This document shows, piece after piece, positions 1 to 13,307 of a DNA stretch of 64,000 bases; the stretch's first letter is position 1, and each line of letters opens with the position of its first letter. A model generated the notes under the pieces. That model saw nothing but the letters and a program-made list of their open reading frames with translations, made no database searches and had not been told where the DNA came from. The translations under genes were made by a program, and so were the position numbers. This DNA comes from Octopus sinensis (Eukaryota): contig NC_043025.1 of the NCBI RefSeq assembly GCF_006345805.1, positions 12,338,001-12,402,000 on the forward strand, read 5' to 3'.

Positions 1-93
1 TAGTAGTAGTAGCAGTAGTAGTAATGGTAGTAGTAGTAGTAGTAGTGGTGGTGGTGGTGGTAATGGTAGTAGTAGTAGTAGCAGCAGCAGCAA

Positions 94-129
<36 letters not shown>

Positions 130-231
130 CAGCAGCAATAGTAGTAGTAGTAGTAGCAGCAGCAATAGTAGTAGTAGTAGTAGTGGTGGTGGTGGTAGTA
201 ATGGTAGTAGTAGTAGTAGCAGCAGCAGCAA

Positions 232-270
<39 letters not shown>

Positions 271-279
271 CAGCAGCAA

Positions 280-315
<36 letters not shown>

Positions 316-417
316 CAGCAGCAATAGTAGTAGTAGTAGTAGCAGCAGCAATAGTAGTAGTAGTAGTAGTGGTGGTGGTGGTAGTAATGGTAGTAGTAGT
401 AGTAGCAGCAGCAGCAA

Positions 418-456
<39 letters not shown>

Positions 457-693
457 CAGCAGCAATAGTAGTAGTAGTAGTAGTAGTAGTAGTAGCAGCA
501 GCAATAGTAGTAGTAGTAGTAGCAGCAGCAATAGTAGTAGTAGTAGTAGTGGTGGTGGTGGTAGTAATGGTAGTAGTAGTAGTAGCAGCAGCAGCAATAG
601 TAGTAGTAGTAGTAGTAGCAGCAGCAATAGTAGTAGTAGTAGTAGTGGTGGTGGTGGTAGTAATGGTAGTAGTAGTAGTAGCAGCAGCAGCAA

Positions 694-732
<39 letters not shown>

Positions 733-741
733 CAGCAGCAA

Positions 742-774
<33 letters not shown>

Positions 775-875
775 CAGCAATAGTAGTAGTAGTAGTAGCA
801 GCAGCAATAGTAGTAGTAGTAGTAGTGGTGGTGGTGGTAGTAATGGTAGTAGTTGTAGTAGCAGCAGCAGCAATC
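1..875. repeat. Compound (GTA/GCA/GTG)n trinucleotide array with ~180-bp higher-order units
   Basis: Pure GTA runs punctuated by recurring GTGGTGGTGGTAGTAATGGTA and GCAGCAGCAATA blocks; explains the poly-Val ORF 24..881. Confidence 0.95.
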
Positions 876-879
876 TATT

Positions 880-1017
880 AGTGTATCTCTCTCTCTCTCT
901 CTCACTAATCCATTATTCTAGTCTGTCTGTTTATCTCCCTTTAATCTATTACTCTGTCTGGCTCTCTCTCACAAATCTGTCACTCTGTCTGTCTCTCTCT
1001 CTCTCTAATCCATTAAG

Positions 1018-1048
<31 letters not shown>

Positions 1049-2250
1049 ACAAATCTATTACTCTATCTCTCTCTCTCTCACACACACAAATCCATTGCTC
1101 TATCTTGCTTTCTCTTTCTCTAATCCATTACTCTGTCTGTCTGTCTGTCTCTCTCTCTAATCCATTACATTGTCTGTCTCTCTCTCCCTCTCACAAATCT
1201 ATTATTCTATCTGTCTCTCTCTCTCCAATCCATTACTGTCTGTCTTTCTCTCTCTCTCTCTCCAGTCCATTACTCTTTCACTCTGTCTATCTCTCCCTCT
1301 CTGTCCCATTATCGTCTGTATGTATGTCTGTCTCTCTCACTAATCCATTACTCTGTCTCCTTCTCTCTCTCATACAAATCTCTCTCCAATCCATTACTCT
1401 GTCTGTCTCTCTCTCTCTCCAATCCATTATTCTGTCAGTCTGCCTATCTCTCTCTCTGTTCCATTACTGTCTGCCTTTCTCTCTCTCTCTCTCCAGTCCA
1501 TTACTCTTTCACTCTGTCTATCTCTCCCTCTCTGTCCCATTATTGTCTGTATGTATGTCTGTCTCTCTCACTAATCCATTACTCTGTCTCCTTCTCTCTC
1601 TCCAATCCATTACTCTGTCAGTCTGTCTATCTATCTCTCTCCAATCCATTACTGTCTGTCTTTCTCTCTCTCTCTCTCTCCAGTCCATTACTCTTTCACT
1701 CTGTCTATCTCTCCCTCTCTGTCCCATTATCGTCTGTATGTATGTCTGTCTCTCTCACTAATCCATTACTCTGTCTCCTTCTCTCTCTCATACAAATCTC
1801 TCTCCAATCCATTACTCTGTCTCTCTCTCTCTCCAATCCATTATTCTGTCAGTCTGTCTATCTCTCTCTCTGTTCCATTACTGTCTGCCTTTCTCTCTCT
1901 CTCTCTCCAGTCCATTACTCTTTCACTCTGTCTATCTCTCCCTCTCTGTCCCATTATTGTCTGTATGTATGTCTGTCTCTCTCACTAATCCATTACTCTG
2001 TCTCCTTCTCTCTCATACAAATCTCTCTCCAATCCATTACTCTGTCTGTCTCTCTCTCTCTCCAATCCATTATTCTGTCAGTCTGTCTATCTCTCTGTTC
2101 CATTACTGTCTGTCTTTCTCTCTCTCTCTCTCCAATCCATTACTCTGTCAGTCTGTCTATCTCTCTCCCTCTCTGTCCCATTACTATCTATATGTATGTC
2201 TGTCTCTCTCACTAATCCGTTAATCTGTCTCTCTCCCACTCTCTCTTTTA
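880..2250. repeat. CT-rich degenerate minisatellite in the last intron of the PLB-like gene
   Basis: Recurrent TCCATTACTCTGTC and (CT)n blocks, with larger blocks duplicated. Confidence 0.9.
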
Positions 2251-2255
2251 TCCAG

Positions 2256-2450
2256 CTGACCAATTCCACTCTCATCAAGGACCTCAGTTTCATAGCCATC
2301 GCGGGACCCACGTGCGACGATGTCCCCATCTTCCAGTGGAGCAAAGCAGGCTTCAACGACTCAGTACCTCATTTCGGACACCCTGACATCTTCAAATTCC
2401 CACCCTACGTTTTCGGAGATGATGTCAAGCCATTTTACCGAGACCAATGA
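2256..2450 (+). CDS. PLBD2: Terminal coding exon of a phospholipase B-like protein (PLBD2-type)
   Basis: Polypyrimidine tract + TTTTATCCAG acceptor, phase 0. LTNSTLIKDLSFIAIAGPTCDDVPIFQWSKAGFNDSVPHFGHPDIFKFPPY matches the recalled PLBD2 C-terminus (SGPTWDQVPPFQWS...HMGQPDLWKF). TGA 2448-2450; AATAAA at 2648. Upstream exons lie outside the window. Confidence 0.85.
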   Translation: MTNSTLIKDLSFIAIAGPTCDDVPIFQWSKAGFNDSVPHFGHPDIFKFPPYVFGDDVKPFYRDQ

Positions 2451-3209
2451 AGGGGTCTTTTGCAACATCCCCCCCCACCCACAACATCACACTCCAACAC
2501 CACTCCACAACGCACTGCACACACAACACTCCAGCTGACACCGCACTTCCACAACACAGAAAAACAGTCCAACGCCACTCCGCAAGCAACCCCCCCCACC
2601 ACCACACCCAAAATGGATGATTTTTCGTGACAAATATGAAATATAAAAATAAATATGCGACAAAAGGAAAAAAAAAACAAAAAGAAATCTAAACCAAATG
2701 TGTTTTGTTTACTCTTTTTTACTCTTTTACTTGTTTCAGTCACTTGACCGCGGCCATGCTGGAGCACCGCCTTTAATCAAGCAAATTGACCCCGGGACTT
2801 ATTCTTTGTAAGCCCAGTACTTATTCTCCCGCGAATCCTTAATATTGTATAAATATTTTATTTAATTCATTTCGCAGGAAGGACTGCTTCGGCCGGGTCG
2901 TGTTCTGCCCTTACCTTCGAAACACGCATTGAGTCGAACCAGGGGAATTTTCCTTGTATTGTTTGTCCAGTACTCTGTTTTTTCGTTGTTTAAAGAAAGT
3001 CCGTTTCTATGTTTGTTTTTATGTTTTCGTCTCTCATTGTGTTCTACATTTATTTGTGGTGTCCTGTACTCATATATGCATGTATATATACATATAGATG
3101 TAGGTATGTACATATATGTATCTATGTATGTATATGTTTTATTTATCAAATTGTTATTATATATATATATATGTATCTTGCACAACAAATATTTAAACGT
3201 ACTATATAT

Positions 3210-3254
<45 letters not shown>

Positions 3255-4744
3255 TGTATATATACATACAGATGTAGGTATGTACATATATGTATGTATG
3301 TATGCATATATATTATTATTAAATTGTTATTATATATATATATATATATGCATGTATATATACATATAGATGTAGGTATGTACATATATGTATCTATGTA
3401 TGTATATGTTTTATTTATCAAATTGTTATTATATATATATGCATGTATATATACATATAGATGTAGGTATGTACATATATGTATGTATGCATATATATTA
3501 TTAAATTGTTATTATATATATATATATATATACATATATATACACACACACACACGTATGCATACATGTGTGTATATTTGTGAACCCCTGGAGGCTCAGA
3601 CAGAAGGAGAAAAAAGAAGACAAAGAGAGGAAGAGAGAGAGAGAGAGAGAATGATGGTCAGGAAAGAAATAGTATAAGAGAAAAGAGAGAGGGAGTGAGA
3701 GAGAGAAAAAGGGTCATTTTTTTGAGATGGCTTTTATTGTACATTTTAGGATCAGTAATAATTATAATGGTTTCAAATTTTGCCAGCAAATTTGGGGATG
3801 GGGGGGGGAATAAAGTGATTGCCTGGACCCCCCCCCTAGTATGCAACTGGTACTTATTTTATCACCAGCCAAAAGGATAAAAGGCAAAAGGTAGGCCTTG
3901 GCAGAATTAGAACTCAGAACGTAATGACAGATGAAATGTTGCTAAGCATTTTGTGCAGTTTGCTAACAGTTCTGCCAGCTCACCCCAAAAAAGATGAAAG
4001 GCGAAGCCGACCTCAGCAGGATTTGATCTCAGAACATAGTGGATCGGACAAAATGCCTCTAAGCATTTTGCCGGACATACAAACATGCTACCAGCTTGCC
4101 ACTTTGACTGGATCTTTATTTTATCAATCCTGGCCTCAGCAGGATTTGATCTCAGAACATAGTGGATCGGACAAAATGCCACTAATAATTCTTTCTAATC
4201 TTGGTATAAGGCCGGCAGCCCTAAGACTTGACTGGACCTTTATTTTATCAACCCCGAAAGGTTGAAAGGCAAAGCTGGCCTCAGTCGGAATTCAAACCAG
4301 AAATAGTTCACGCTTTCATATTCTGGTTTCTGAGATCAAATTCTGCTGAGGTCGGCTTTGCCTTTCATAACAACAACAACAATAATAATTTCAAATTTTG
4401 CCACACACAAGGGCAGCAATTTCGAGGAACGGCGGGGATAGTTGATTACATCGACCCTACCCCCCACCACAAAAAGGATGAAAGGTAAAGTCGACCTCAG
4501 CGGGATTTGAACTCGGAACAAAGATGAATGAATTACCACTGAGTGTTCTGGGAACCTTGCTAAACAATTCTGCTGACCACCACCCTTGATAATAAATAGT
4601 CTTGTGTATGAAATGTAGTGAGCTGAAAATTTTCAATTAACTGAGATTATCCTTGTGATTAGCATACAAGAACTCCCTTTAGCATGTTCATAGTTTTTAA
4701 TAGCTCACAGCATAATTGACAGCAATGCACTCTCTCAACCTCTA

Positions 4745-4788
<44 letters not shown>

Positions 4789-4986
4789 TTTTGCTTGTCC
4801 CTTTTTCCTCTTTAATGAAGGGCAACAACTGTAAACATCACACGCCATCGTTCCTCGTAACATTTAAATTAACGAACTGTCCGGTGGGACTACACAGATG
4901 ACCATCACCACCCGATTTCCTTTGGGGGCTGGATTTGACCCCCCTTTGTCCATCTATCTGTCTGTGTCTGTCTGTTAGTCCATCCA

Positions 4987-5106
4987 TCAGTCCACCAAGT
5001 TGATGATGGCCAGCCTCATCGGGGCCAACATGTCCACTCCCAGTTTGCGCCGATTCACAACCAATGCCACGGGGCTGTCCACTCGGATACTGCGATAGGA
5101 AAACAC
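4987..5106 (-). CDS. TTC5: TTC5 exon 11 (last coding): VFSYRSIRVDSPVALVVNRRKLGVDMLAPMRLAIINLVD*
   Basis: TTCTTCAG acceptor, phase 0; matches the recalled TTC5 OB-fold end (SFSSVRVETPLLLVVNG). Confidence 0.9.
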   Translation of the reverse strand: MFSYRSIRVDSPVALVVNRRKLGVDMLAPMRLAIINLVD

Positions 5107-5254
5107 CTGAAGAAGAAAAAGAAAAACACAAAATTAATTGAAGTTCAGGTGATAGCGTGGTTCTTTGGGAAGATCTATTGAGGCAAGTGAAATCAAAATC
5201 AAAATCACTGATGTGGCCAATGACCGATGCCTGATTGGCTAGTGCCAGTCATCA

Positions 5255-5860
5255 TCATCATCATCATCGTTTAGTGTCCGCTTTCCATGCTAGCATGGGT
5301 TGGATGGTTCAACTGGGGTCTGGGAAGCCAGATGGCTGCACCAGGCTCCAGTCTGATCTGGCAGTGTTTCTACGGCCGGATGCCCTTTCTAACGCCAACC
5401 ACTCCATGAGTGTAGTGGGTGCTTTTTACGTGCCACCGACACAGGTGCCAGACGAGGCTGGCAACGGCCACGAACGGATGGAGCTTTTACGTGCCACCGG
5501 CACGGAGGCCAGACGAGGCTGGCAAACGGCCACGATTGGATGGAGCTTTTACGTGCCACCTACTCAGGTGCCAGGCGAGGCTGGCAAATGGCCATGGACG
5601 GATGGAGCTTTTACGTGCCACCGACACAGGTGCCAGACGAGGCTGGCAAACGGCCACGGACGGATGGTGCTTTTTACGTGCCACCGGCACGGGGGCCAGA
5701 CAAGGCTGGCAAACGGCCACGGACGGATGGTGCTTTTTACGTGCCACCGGCACGGGGGCCAGACGAGGCTGGCAACGGCCACGAACGGATGGAGCTTTTA
5801 CGTACCACCGGCACGAGGGCCAGGCGAGACTGGCAACGGCCAGTGGAACGTTGAAAGCAC
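5255..5860 (-). mobile_element. SINE-like family C (GAT-tailed, internal ~61-bp GTGCCGGTGGCACGTAAAAAGCACC repeats)
   Basis: Shared 3' end CGAACCGTCCAACCCATGCTAGCATGGAAAGCGGACGTTAAACGATGATG. Other copies at about 5975-6440, 8280-8455, 12400-12680, 18790-18990, 19120-19530, 24765-25095, 25665-26075, 35465-35890, 40470-40620, 51705-51880, 61990-62160. Confidence 0.85.
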
Positions 5861-6653
5861 ATGCGAACGTGGGGTGTAACCAGCTCATTTAGGAGTTCCC
5901 CTCATTCATTGGACAATGAACTTTGCTTGCAAAGACCTACTGAGGCAAGTGAAATCAAAATCAAAATTGCTGATGTGGCCGATGACCGATGCCTGATTGG
6001 CATTCGTGCCAGTGGAACGTTAGGAGAAGCACATCCGAGCGTGATCGTTGCCAGGGTCACAGATTGGCTCCCGTGCTGGTGGCATGTGAAGAGCACCATT
6101 CGAGCGTGACTGTTGCCAGAGTCACCCTACTGGCACATGTGCCGGTGGCACGTGAAAAACAACATTCAAGCATGGTCGTGGCCAGTGCCGCCGGACTGCC
6201 TCCTATGCAGGTAGCACGTAAAAAACACCTTTTGAGCATGGTCACTGCCAGAACCATCTGACTGACCCTCGTTCCGATGGCACATAAAAGCACCCACTAC
6301 ATTCTCAGGGTGGTTGGCATTAGGAAGGGCATCCAGCTGTAGAAACTTTGCCAGATCAGATTGGAGCCTGGTGCAACCTCTGGCTCACCAGTCCTCAGTC
6401 AAACCGTCCAACCCATGGAAAGCGAACATTAAACGATAATGATGAGGACAACAGATAACACAAATTCGCAAACATTTTCTGGAATTTCCAAAAAATAAAA
6501 GGTGATGAGGGATTTATGTGGGACCCTTAAACCAGAATTCCACCATTTATTATTATTTTTTTTTTTGGTTTCTTGGTGACTAATGATATTTTCCTGCAGA
6601 AAGAAGAGGAAGAGAGGAAAAGACAGAATTAAGGAATTCAGAAACTTGGTCAC

Positions 6654-6798
6654 CTTGTCTTTAAAGTTGACATTGACCTCACGAAGGAAAGGTCCAGGTA
6701 TGGCCACCGAGTCTCCGATTTTCACACCGTAGCCCTCGCCTATGTTGTACAGCGACACAGATAGACAGTTGCATTCTTCATCGATAAAACAGAAGACA
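6654..6798 (-). CDS. TTC5: TTC5 exon 10 (145 nt)
   Basis: TTTTTACCAG acceptor, phase 2 to 0; YNIGEGYGVKIGDSVAIPGP motif. The donor AAG|GTGACC is weak but restores frame. Confidence 0.88.
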
Positions 6799-6891
6799 CT
6801 GGTAAAAAGAGAGAAAGAGAATACATAGAGATGATGGTGAGTGGTTGACGAGGAGGCATAGATGTAGTTTAATGTGTTATATATAAATATA

Positions 6892-7147
6892 CTAGCAGTA
6901 TATATAAGCATTTTTAGAGAGTTACTTCCCTTATATAAACCGAGCAAAAAATGCGAAAAAATGATTAATTTTTTTTTTAAATCGTAGACTCATCATAGAC
7001 GCGCGCTAATACCCAGAAGGGCTCGATATAAATCACGACTATAAGATACCAGCTTTTGGTTAAACTGCACTGCAAAATGTGGGAGTAGTTAGGAATCTAA
7101 ATCGGAGTAGACAGACACACACACAACTTTAGTTTTATATATAAAGA
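6892..7147 (-). mobile_element. Non-autonomous Helitron-type element, internally deleted copy
   Basis: TC start and CTAG end between A and T; same body as 38358-38870 but lacking the 3' hairpin. Confidence 0.7.
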
Positions 7148-8532
7148 TATATATATATATATGTATGTATATATAATCAAAATAAGCAACAAGGATATCC
7201 AAGGTAGAGTAGTACAATTGTTTCATGCTACTTCATATTATTAAACCCTTTAACTTAAGTACCATATTCATCTGAATCTAAATTTTGCTGAACTATATAC
7301 AGTGACCCCCACCTACTGTTGTAAACCACAACCTCACAATCCAAATGAAAATCATTGTATTCTAAGTAGTTGTCCTTTCCGTGAAGGTGCATGGCTCAGT
7401 GGTTAGAGCGTCGAGCTTCCGATCGTGAGGTTGTGAGTTCGAATCCCGGACCGGGTTGTTGTGTGTTGTGTTCTTGAGCAAGACAGACACTTTATTTCAC
7501 GTTGCTCCAGTTCACTCAGCTGTAGAAATGAGTTTCGACTGTATCGGCCCTTTGCCTTTCCCTTGGATAACACTGGTGACATAGAGAGGGGGAGGCTGGT
7601 ATGCTTGGCCGACTGCTGGTCTTCCCTGAACAACCTTGCCAGGACTTGTGCCTGGGAGGGTAACTTTCTAGGTGCAATCCCACGGTCGGCCATGACTGAA
7701 GGGGGTCTTTACCCTTTACCCTATATATGTATATAATGGTGTGGAGAGGGTAGGCCGGTATGCATGGGCGACTGCTGGTCTTCCCTGAACAACCTTGCCA
7801 GGACTTGTGCCTCGGAGGGGAACTTTCTAGGTGCAATCCCATGATCATCCATGACCGAAAGGGGTCTTTACCCTTTACCCTCTGTACATATAATGGTGTG
7901 GAGAGGAGAGGCTGGTATGCATGGGCGACTGCTGGTCTTCCATAAAACAACCTTGCCCGGACTTGTGTCTGGGAGAGTAACGTCCTAGGTGCAATCCCAC
8001 GGTCAGTCATGACCGAAGGGGGTCTCAGTGTCCTTACCACACTCCTCTAAAGCTGTGAGACTGGAGGGGGGGGGGATGCTGTATCGATGCGACTGGATGA
8101 CAATCAAACATTTCCATATAACTGTGTGTGTGTGTGTATGCATGCGAGAGAGAGAAAAAGTGTGTGCCTCTGTGTGTGTGTATGCTTGTGAGAAGGGAAA
8201 AGTATATATGTCACGAAAGCGTGTGTGTGTATGTATTTAAATATGGCTGAGTGAAAAAGAGAGAATGTGTAAAAAAGCACATAAAAAGCACCCACTACAC
8301 TCTCGGAGTGGTTGGCGTTAGGAAGGGCATCCAGCCGTAGAAACATTGCCAGATCAGACTGGGGGCCTGGTGCAGCCTTCTGGCTTCCCAGACCCCAGTT
8401 GCACCGTTCAACCCATGCCAGCATGGAAAGCGGACGTTAAACGGTGATGATGATGTGATGATGTGTATGTGGACGCATGTGTGTGTGTATGTGTGTGTGT
8501 GTTACATATCAAAGCGAATGGTAAATACTTAC

Positions 8533-8615
8533 AAAGGTATTGGATCAACATGTGATATTGTGCAGACAACTTTACCAACGACCACCGTGTGTTTATTGAC
8601 CCCGGGTTGTAGTTC
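8533..8615 (-). CDS. TTC5: TTC5 exon 9 (83 nt): ELQPGVNKHTVVVGKVVCTISHVDPIP
   Basis: TTTCTAG acceptor, GTAAGT donor; matches recalled LQPGVNSGAVILGKVV. Confidence 0.9.
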
Positions 8616-8869
8616 CTAGAAATAAAAAGAAACAACACAAAATAAATATCACATCAGGTTTTGGCTGCGAGGTAAGAAGCTTGCTTCCAAGCCACGTGGT
8701 TCCAGTTTCAGTCCCACTGCGTGGCACCTTGGGTAAGTGTCTTCTACTATAGCCTCGGGCCAATCAAAGCCTTGTGAGTGGATTTGGAAGATGGAAACTG
8801 AAAGAAACCAGTCATATATATGTATAAGAGTGTGTGTGTATGTGTGTAAATATATATATATAATTATAT

Positions 8870-9155
8870 ATCACGTGACTGACCAGACCATCAGATGTTG
8901 TTACACATCGCTGGTCACAATGCGTTCGCATTGTTTTAGCCTTCGAATGACGTCACCCCACTGGCTAAGCGAGCAGGCCAACAGAAGAGTGGGAGAAAGA
9001 GTACAGCAGGGATCACACCCTCCCCTGCCGGAGCATCGTGGAGCTTTTAGATGTTTTCGATCAATAAACACTCACAACGTCCAGCCTGGGAATCGAAACC
9101 GTGATCCTACGACTGCGAGTCGGCTGCACTAACCACTGGGCCATAGCGCCTCCAC
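8870..9155 (-). mobile_element. tRNA-derived SINE family A (head GGAGGCGCAATGGCCCAGTGGTTAG...GGTTTCGATTCC)
   Basis: Box A/B tRNA-like head plus shared body. Copies at about 7385-7720, 25300-25640, 31195-31575, 52440-52690, 52705-52990. Confidence 0.8.
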
Positions 9156-9473
9156 ATATAATTATATATATGTGTGTGTGTGTGTGTGTGTGATACTTAT
9201 ACAGAGAAACTCAATCCAAAAGAAAGGCAAATAATTTTAAGCGATTATCTCCCTTACACCGGAAGAAATCACTTATTATCTAGATCACCGCTCAACGTAA
9301 ACATAACGTTTTAAGAAATTTGAAAAGCTGAACGCGAAACCGGTCTTTCTTCTAAACTATGTCATTGTAAGAAAAAAATTTATAATATTCTTCAGACATA
9401 TTGACTCAAATATATGATTTTTTAACCTTTTAAAACAAGCCTTCTGTAGTAGTTTTTCACTTTTTACTATTTC

Positions 9474-9507
<34 letters not shown>

Positions 9508-9704
9508 ATACATACAACACGATGGGCTTCCTCACAGTTTCAATCTACCAAGTACAATCACAAGGCATTGGTCGGCCTTAAAGACATTTGCTCAAAGTCC
9601 CACGCAGTGGGACTGAACTTGGAAACCATTTGCCTGGAATGCAAACATCTTAAAACTAATTAAAACAAAAATATCTAATTAAAAACATCAACTAAATAAT
9701 AACT

Positions 9705-9917
9705 CTTTACTCTTTTACTTGTTTCAGTCATTTCACTGCGGCCATGCTGGAGCACCACCTTTAGTCGAGCAAATCGACCCCGGGACTTATTCTTTGTAAG
9801 CCCAGTACTTATTCTATCGGTCTCTTTTTGCCGAACCGCTAAGTGACGGGGACGTTAACACACCAGCATCGGTTGTCAAGCAATGCTAGGGGGACAAACA
9901 CAGACACACAAACACAG

Positions 9918-9950
<33 letters not shown>

Positions 9951-10122
9951 CATATATACGACGGGCTTCTTTCAGTTTCCGGCTATCAAATCCACTCACA
10001 AGGCTTTGTACCCCTGAAACTATAGCAGAAGACACTTGCCCAGGATGCCACGCAGTGGGACTGAACCCGGAACCATGTGGTTGGTTAGCAAGCTACTTAC
10101 CACACAGCCACTCCTGCGCCTA
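9705..10122 (-). mobile_element. tRNA-derived SINE family B (head GGAGTGGCTGTGTGGTAAG, tail AGTAAAAGAG), full length
   Basis: Near-identical copies at about 12950-13290(+), 15590-15950(-), 16409-16685(-), 29420-29745(+), 36255-37010(-), 41122-41510(+), 51950-52330(-), plus fragments. Confidence 0.88.
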
Positions 10123-10173
10123 TAAACAAACAAAAATTTAACGAATGAAAGAGGAAACTGAAGCAATTCTCAC

Positions 10174-10305
10174 CTTAAACATTTTCTTCTTCAGCTCAAC
10201 GGTTCGTCCATTGTCTGCGGTGTAGCTACCCCCCTGGTAAGGACCAAGGTCACTCTCCTTGATTGACTTACTCAGGTTTATTAACTTCTTCGCTTTCATT
10301 TTACC
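10174..10305 (-). CDS. TTC5: TTC5 exon 8 (132 nt): GKMKAKKL...ELKKKMFK
   Basis: TTTGACAG acceptor, GTGAG donor; matches recalled GKVKTKKLQ...LGP. Confidence 0.9.
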
Positions 10306-11465
10306 CTGTCAAACAAAATTCATACATACTTTTGTATATATCCACTATGTAAATGTGAGTGTATATGTGTGTATATATACACGGTGGCCCAAAAGTCACA
10401 AAGGTGTTAATAATTCATTTATGCTGCTTTAAATTTACGATAACTTAGCACCACACACATATACATATATATATATACTAGCACTATGACCCAGCAACGC
10501 CAGGTCATAGTACTAGTGCATGCATATACAGCTGCATGCGTGCGCATATACACGCGAGTACTGTCCAAATCTCCGACCAATCCCATACAGCTAGCTGGCA
10601 TTCAATTGGCGTATCAAGTTTCGGGCATTTTGATTGGGTTTTGGATAGAAAATTCACAAAAAAGTCACTTCTATTGATTTTTTAATGGCTTTGTGGGGAG
10701 ACTGGGGAAATGTAAAGATGTGCACAACCACCCTTGGACGGTTTTGAATGACCATAGAAAGTGCGAGCCCTCTAACTGAAAAATTGTAGATTTGTATAAA
10801 GGATACACACATAGACAGACATTTTGCCATTTATATATTTAATGGCTCTGCAGGGAGACTGGGGAAATGTAAAGATGTGCACGACCACCCTTGGACGGTT
10901 TTGAATGACCATAGAAAGTGCAAGCCCTCTAACTGAAAAATTGTGGATTTGTATAAAAAACACGCGGACACACACACATTTTGCCTTTTATATATATAGA
11001 TATATATATATATATATAAATACACACTGTAAATCCTCGAGTATAGTCTGCCTTTGAGTATAATACGCAGGGGATCTTTAGGGGGCTGTACTTCTGAAAA
11101 ACCTAAACCTTGTATATAATACGCACCACTTCTCTAACTTGAGTCGTGCGTAATTAAGGCTTGGTCGGCCTGAGGCTATAGCAGAAGACACTTGCCCAAG
11201 GTGCCACACAGTGGGACTGAACCCGGAACCATGTGGTTGGTAAGCAAGTTACTTACCACCAGCGACCTGCTGCGCTCCTTTTTTTACACTCTTCCCTTCC
11301 TCACTTCCCTACTTCAACCTGCGCCTATGTATAAGATGTTTATAACAGGCCTCTATCAGCTTCTGTCTACCAAATCCACTCACAAGGCTTTGGCAACAAA
11401 CCACACACACACACACACACACACACACATTACAACTATTGAGAGGAAAGAAGAAAGAACCTTAC

Positions 11466-11612
11466 ATGTGAACTTTGTAACATGGTTAACTGGGTGAGAA
11501 AGTCCAGCAAACGTGTCTCCTGTTCCACTGGGCCCAACCAATCACAATCAAGGGCTTTCGCTGTAGAGAAACCCTCCAGGGCCTCTTGATAGTCTTCCTG
11601 ATATTTGTATGC
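11466..11612 (-). CDS. TTC5: TTC5 exon 7 (147 nt): AYKYQEDYQEALEGFSTAKALD...
   Basis: CTACCAG acceptor, GTAAG donor; matches recalled KYEESYGEALEGFSRAAALD. Confidence 0.92.
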
Positions 11613-11679
11613 CTGGTAGAATTATAAAGAACAAGAGTAAAGAAAAAAATTTGCATGTAAAAAACAAAATAGAAAACTG

Positions 11680-12170
11680 GTACTTATTTAATCGACCCCG
11701 AAAGGATGAAAGGCAAAGTCGACCTCGGTGGAATTTGAACTCAGATGTAACGGCAGACGAAATACCTATTTCTTTACTACCACCCTAACAAGAGGGGACA
11801 AACAGACAACCGGACAGACAAACGGTTAAGTCGATTATATCGACCCCAGTGGTAACTGGTACTTAATTTATCGACCCTGAAAGGATGAAAGGGAAAGTCG
11901 ACCTCGGCGGAATTTGAACTCAGAACATAACAGCAGACAAAATACCTATTTCTTTACTACCCACAAGGGGCCACAGAGAGGACAAACAAGGACAGACAAA
12001 CGGATTAAGTCAATTATATCGACCCCAGTGCGTAACTGGTACTTATTTAATCGACCCCGAAAGGATGAAAGGCAAAGTCGACCTCGGCGGAATTTGAACT
12101 CACAACGTAACGCAGACGAAATACCGCTAAACATTTCGCCCGGCGTGCTAACGACTCTGTCAGCTCGTCG
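11680..12170 (-). mobile_element. SINE family D (core GTCGACTTTGCCTTTCATCCTTTCGGGGTCGATAAA), partly duplicated
   Basis: Copies at about 3800-4550 (degenerate), 45240-45592(-), 45930-46120, 48770-49110(+), 55360-55510(-), 62128-62395(+). Confidence 0.85.
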
Positions 12171-13040
12171 CCTTAAGTTCCAGATCATATTCACCATCTA
12201 CTTCAATTACTGCTTCCCATTTGCTTGGCAGATGGTCAGACCATCATTTAAAGATGTTTTTGTTAAGTATTGTTATTGTTTTTGTTGAGTGAGATTTGTT
12301 GGAGAGGGGTCGCAATAATTATGCACTGACCCAATATTTGCCTGTCTATCTGTTTAGACCTATCCGTTTATTCATGTGTCTGTCTGTCTGTCTGTCCTGC
12401 TTTGACTGGCTTCCATGCCAGTGGTACGTAAAAAGCACCATCTGATCGTGGTCGATGCCAGCCTCCTCTGGCCCCTGTGCCAGTGGCACGTAAAAAGCAC
12501 CCACTACACCCTTGGAGTGGTTGGCATTAGGAAGGGCATCCAGCTGTAGAAACACTGCCAGATCAGACTGGGGCCTGGTGCAGCCTCCTGGTGCAGCCTC
12601 CTGGCTTCCCAGACCCTGGTCGAACCATCCAACCCATGCCAGCATGGAAAGTGGACGTTAAACAATAGTGATGATGATGATGATTATTTACTGGGATGGT
12701 TTAAATTTTAGATTATCTTAAATCATCAGCTACATCTTATGAAACGCACCAAGGCCCACCAGAATTTAAGTAAGGGCTGCTGGTGGTCCTTTTTGTGAAT
12801 GTTGAAGTTGTACATCCCTGCATTGGATGATGTAATTCTGAATAAATCTTCCCCTCAAAAGACAGGATGATGATGGCTGGAACTGCTGAGTTGGAGATAA
12901 ACAGCAATCCTACCATAACCACCACTGCTGACATCATAAAAAAATCAGTGGCATCTTGGGCAAGTGTCTTCTGCTATAGCCCCGTCCGACCAATGCCTTG
13001 TGAGTGGATTTCGTAGATGGAAACTGAAAGAAGCCTGTTG

Positions 13041-13073
<33 letters not shown>

Positions 13074-13307
13074 TTGTGTGTCTGTGTTTGTCCTCCTAGC
13101 ATTGCTTGACAACCGATGCTGGGGTGTTTACGTCCCGTCACTTAGCGGTTCGGCAAAAGACACCGATAGAATAAGTACTGGGCTTACAAAGAATAAGTCC
13201 CGGGGTCGATTTGCTCGACTAAAGGCGGTGCTCCAGCATGGCCGCAGTCTAATGACTGAAACAAGTAAAAGAGTAAAGAGTAAAGAGAGTGATAATATAC
13301 GACTTAC

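Noticed and set aside
24-881. 285-aa poly-Val/Ala ORF
   Set aside because: Translation of a (GTA/GCA)n array; no true ATG start (the track starts at GTA).
2870-2940. GAAGG...CCTTC GAAAC hammerhead-like remnant
   Set aside because: No CTGANGA-type core and no helix I.
4838-5131. 97-aa ORF in the track
   Set aside because: Wrong frame over the TTC5 last exon.
12737-12937. 66-aa hydrophobic ORF in TTC5 intron 6
   Set aside because: No recognisable motif, and the TTC5 model is complete without it.
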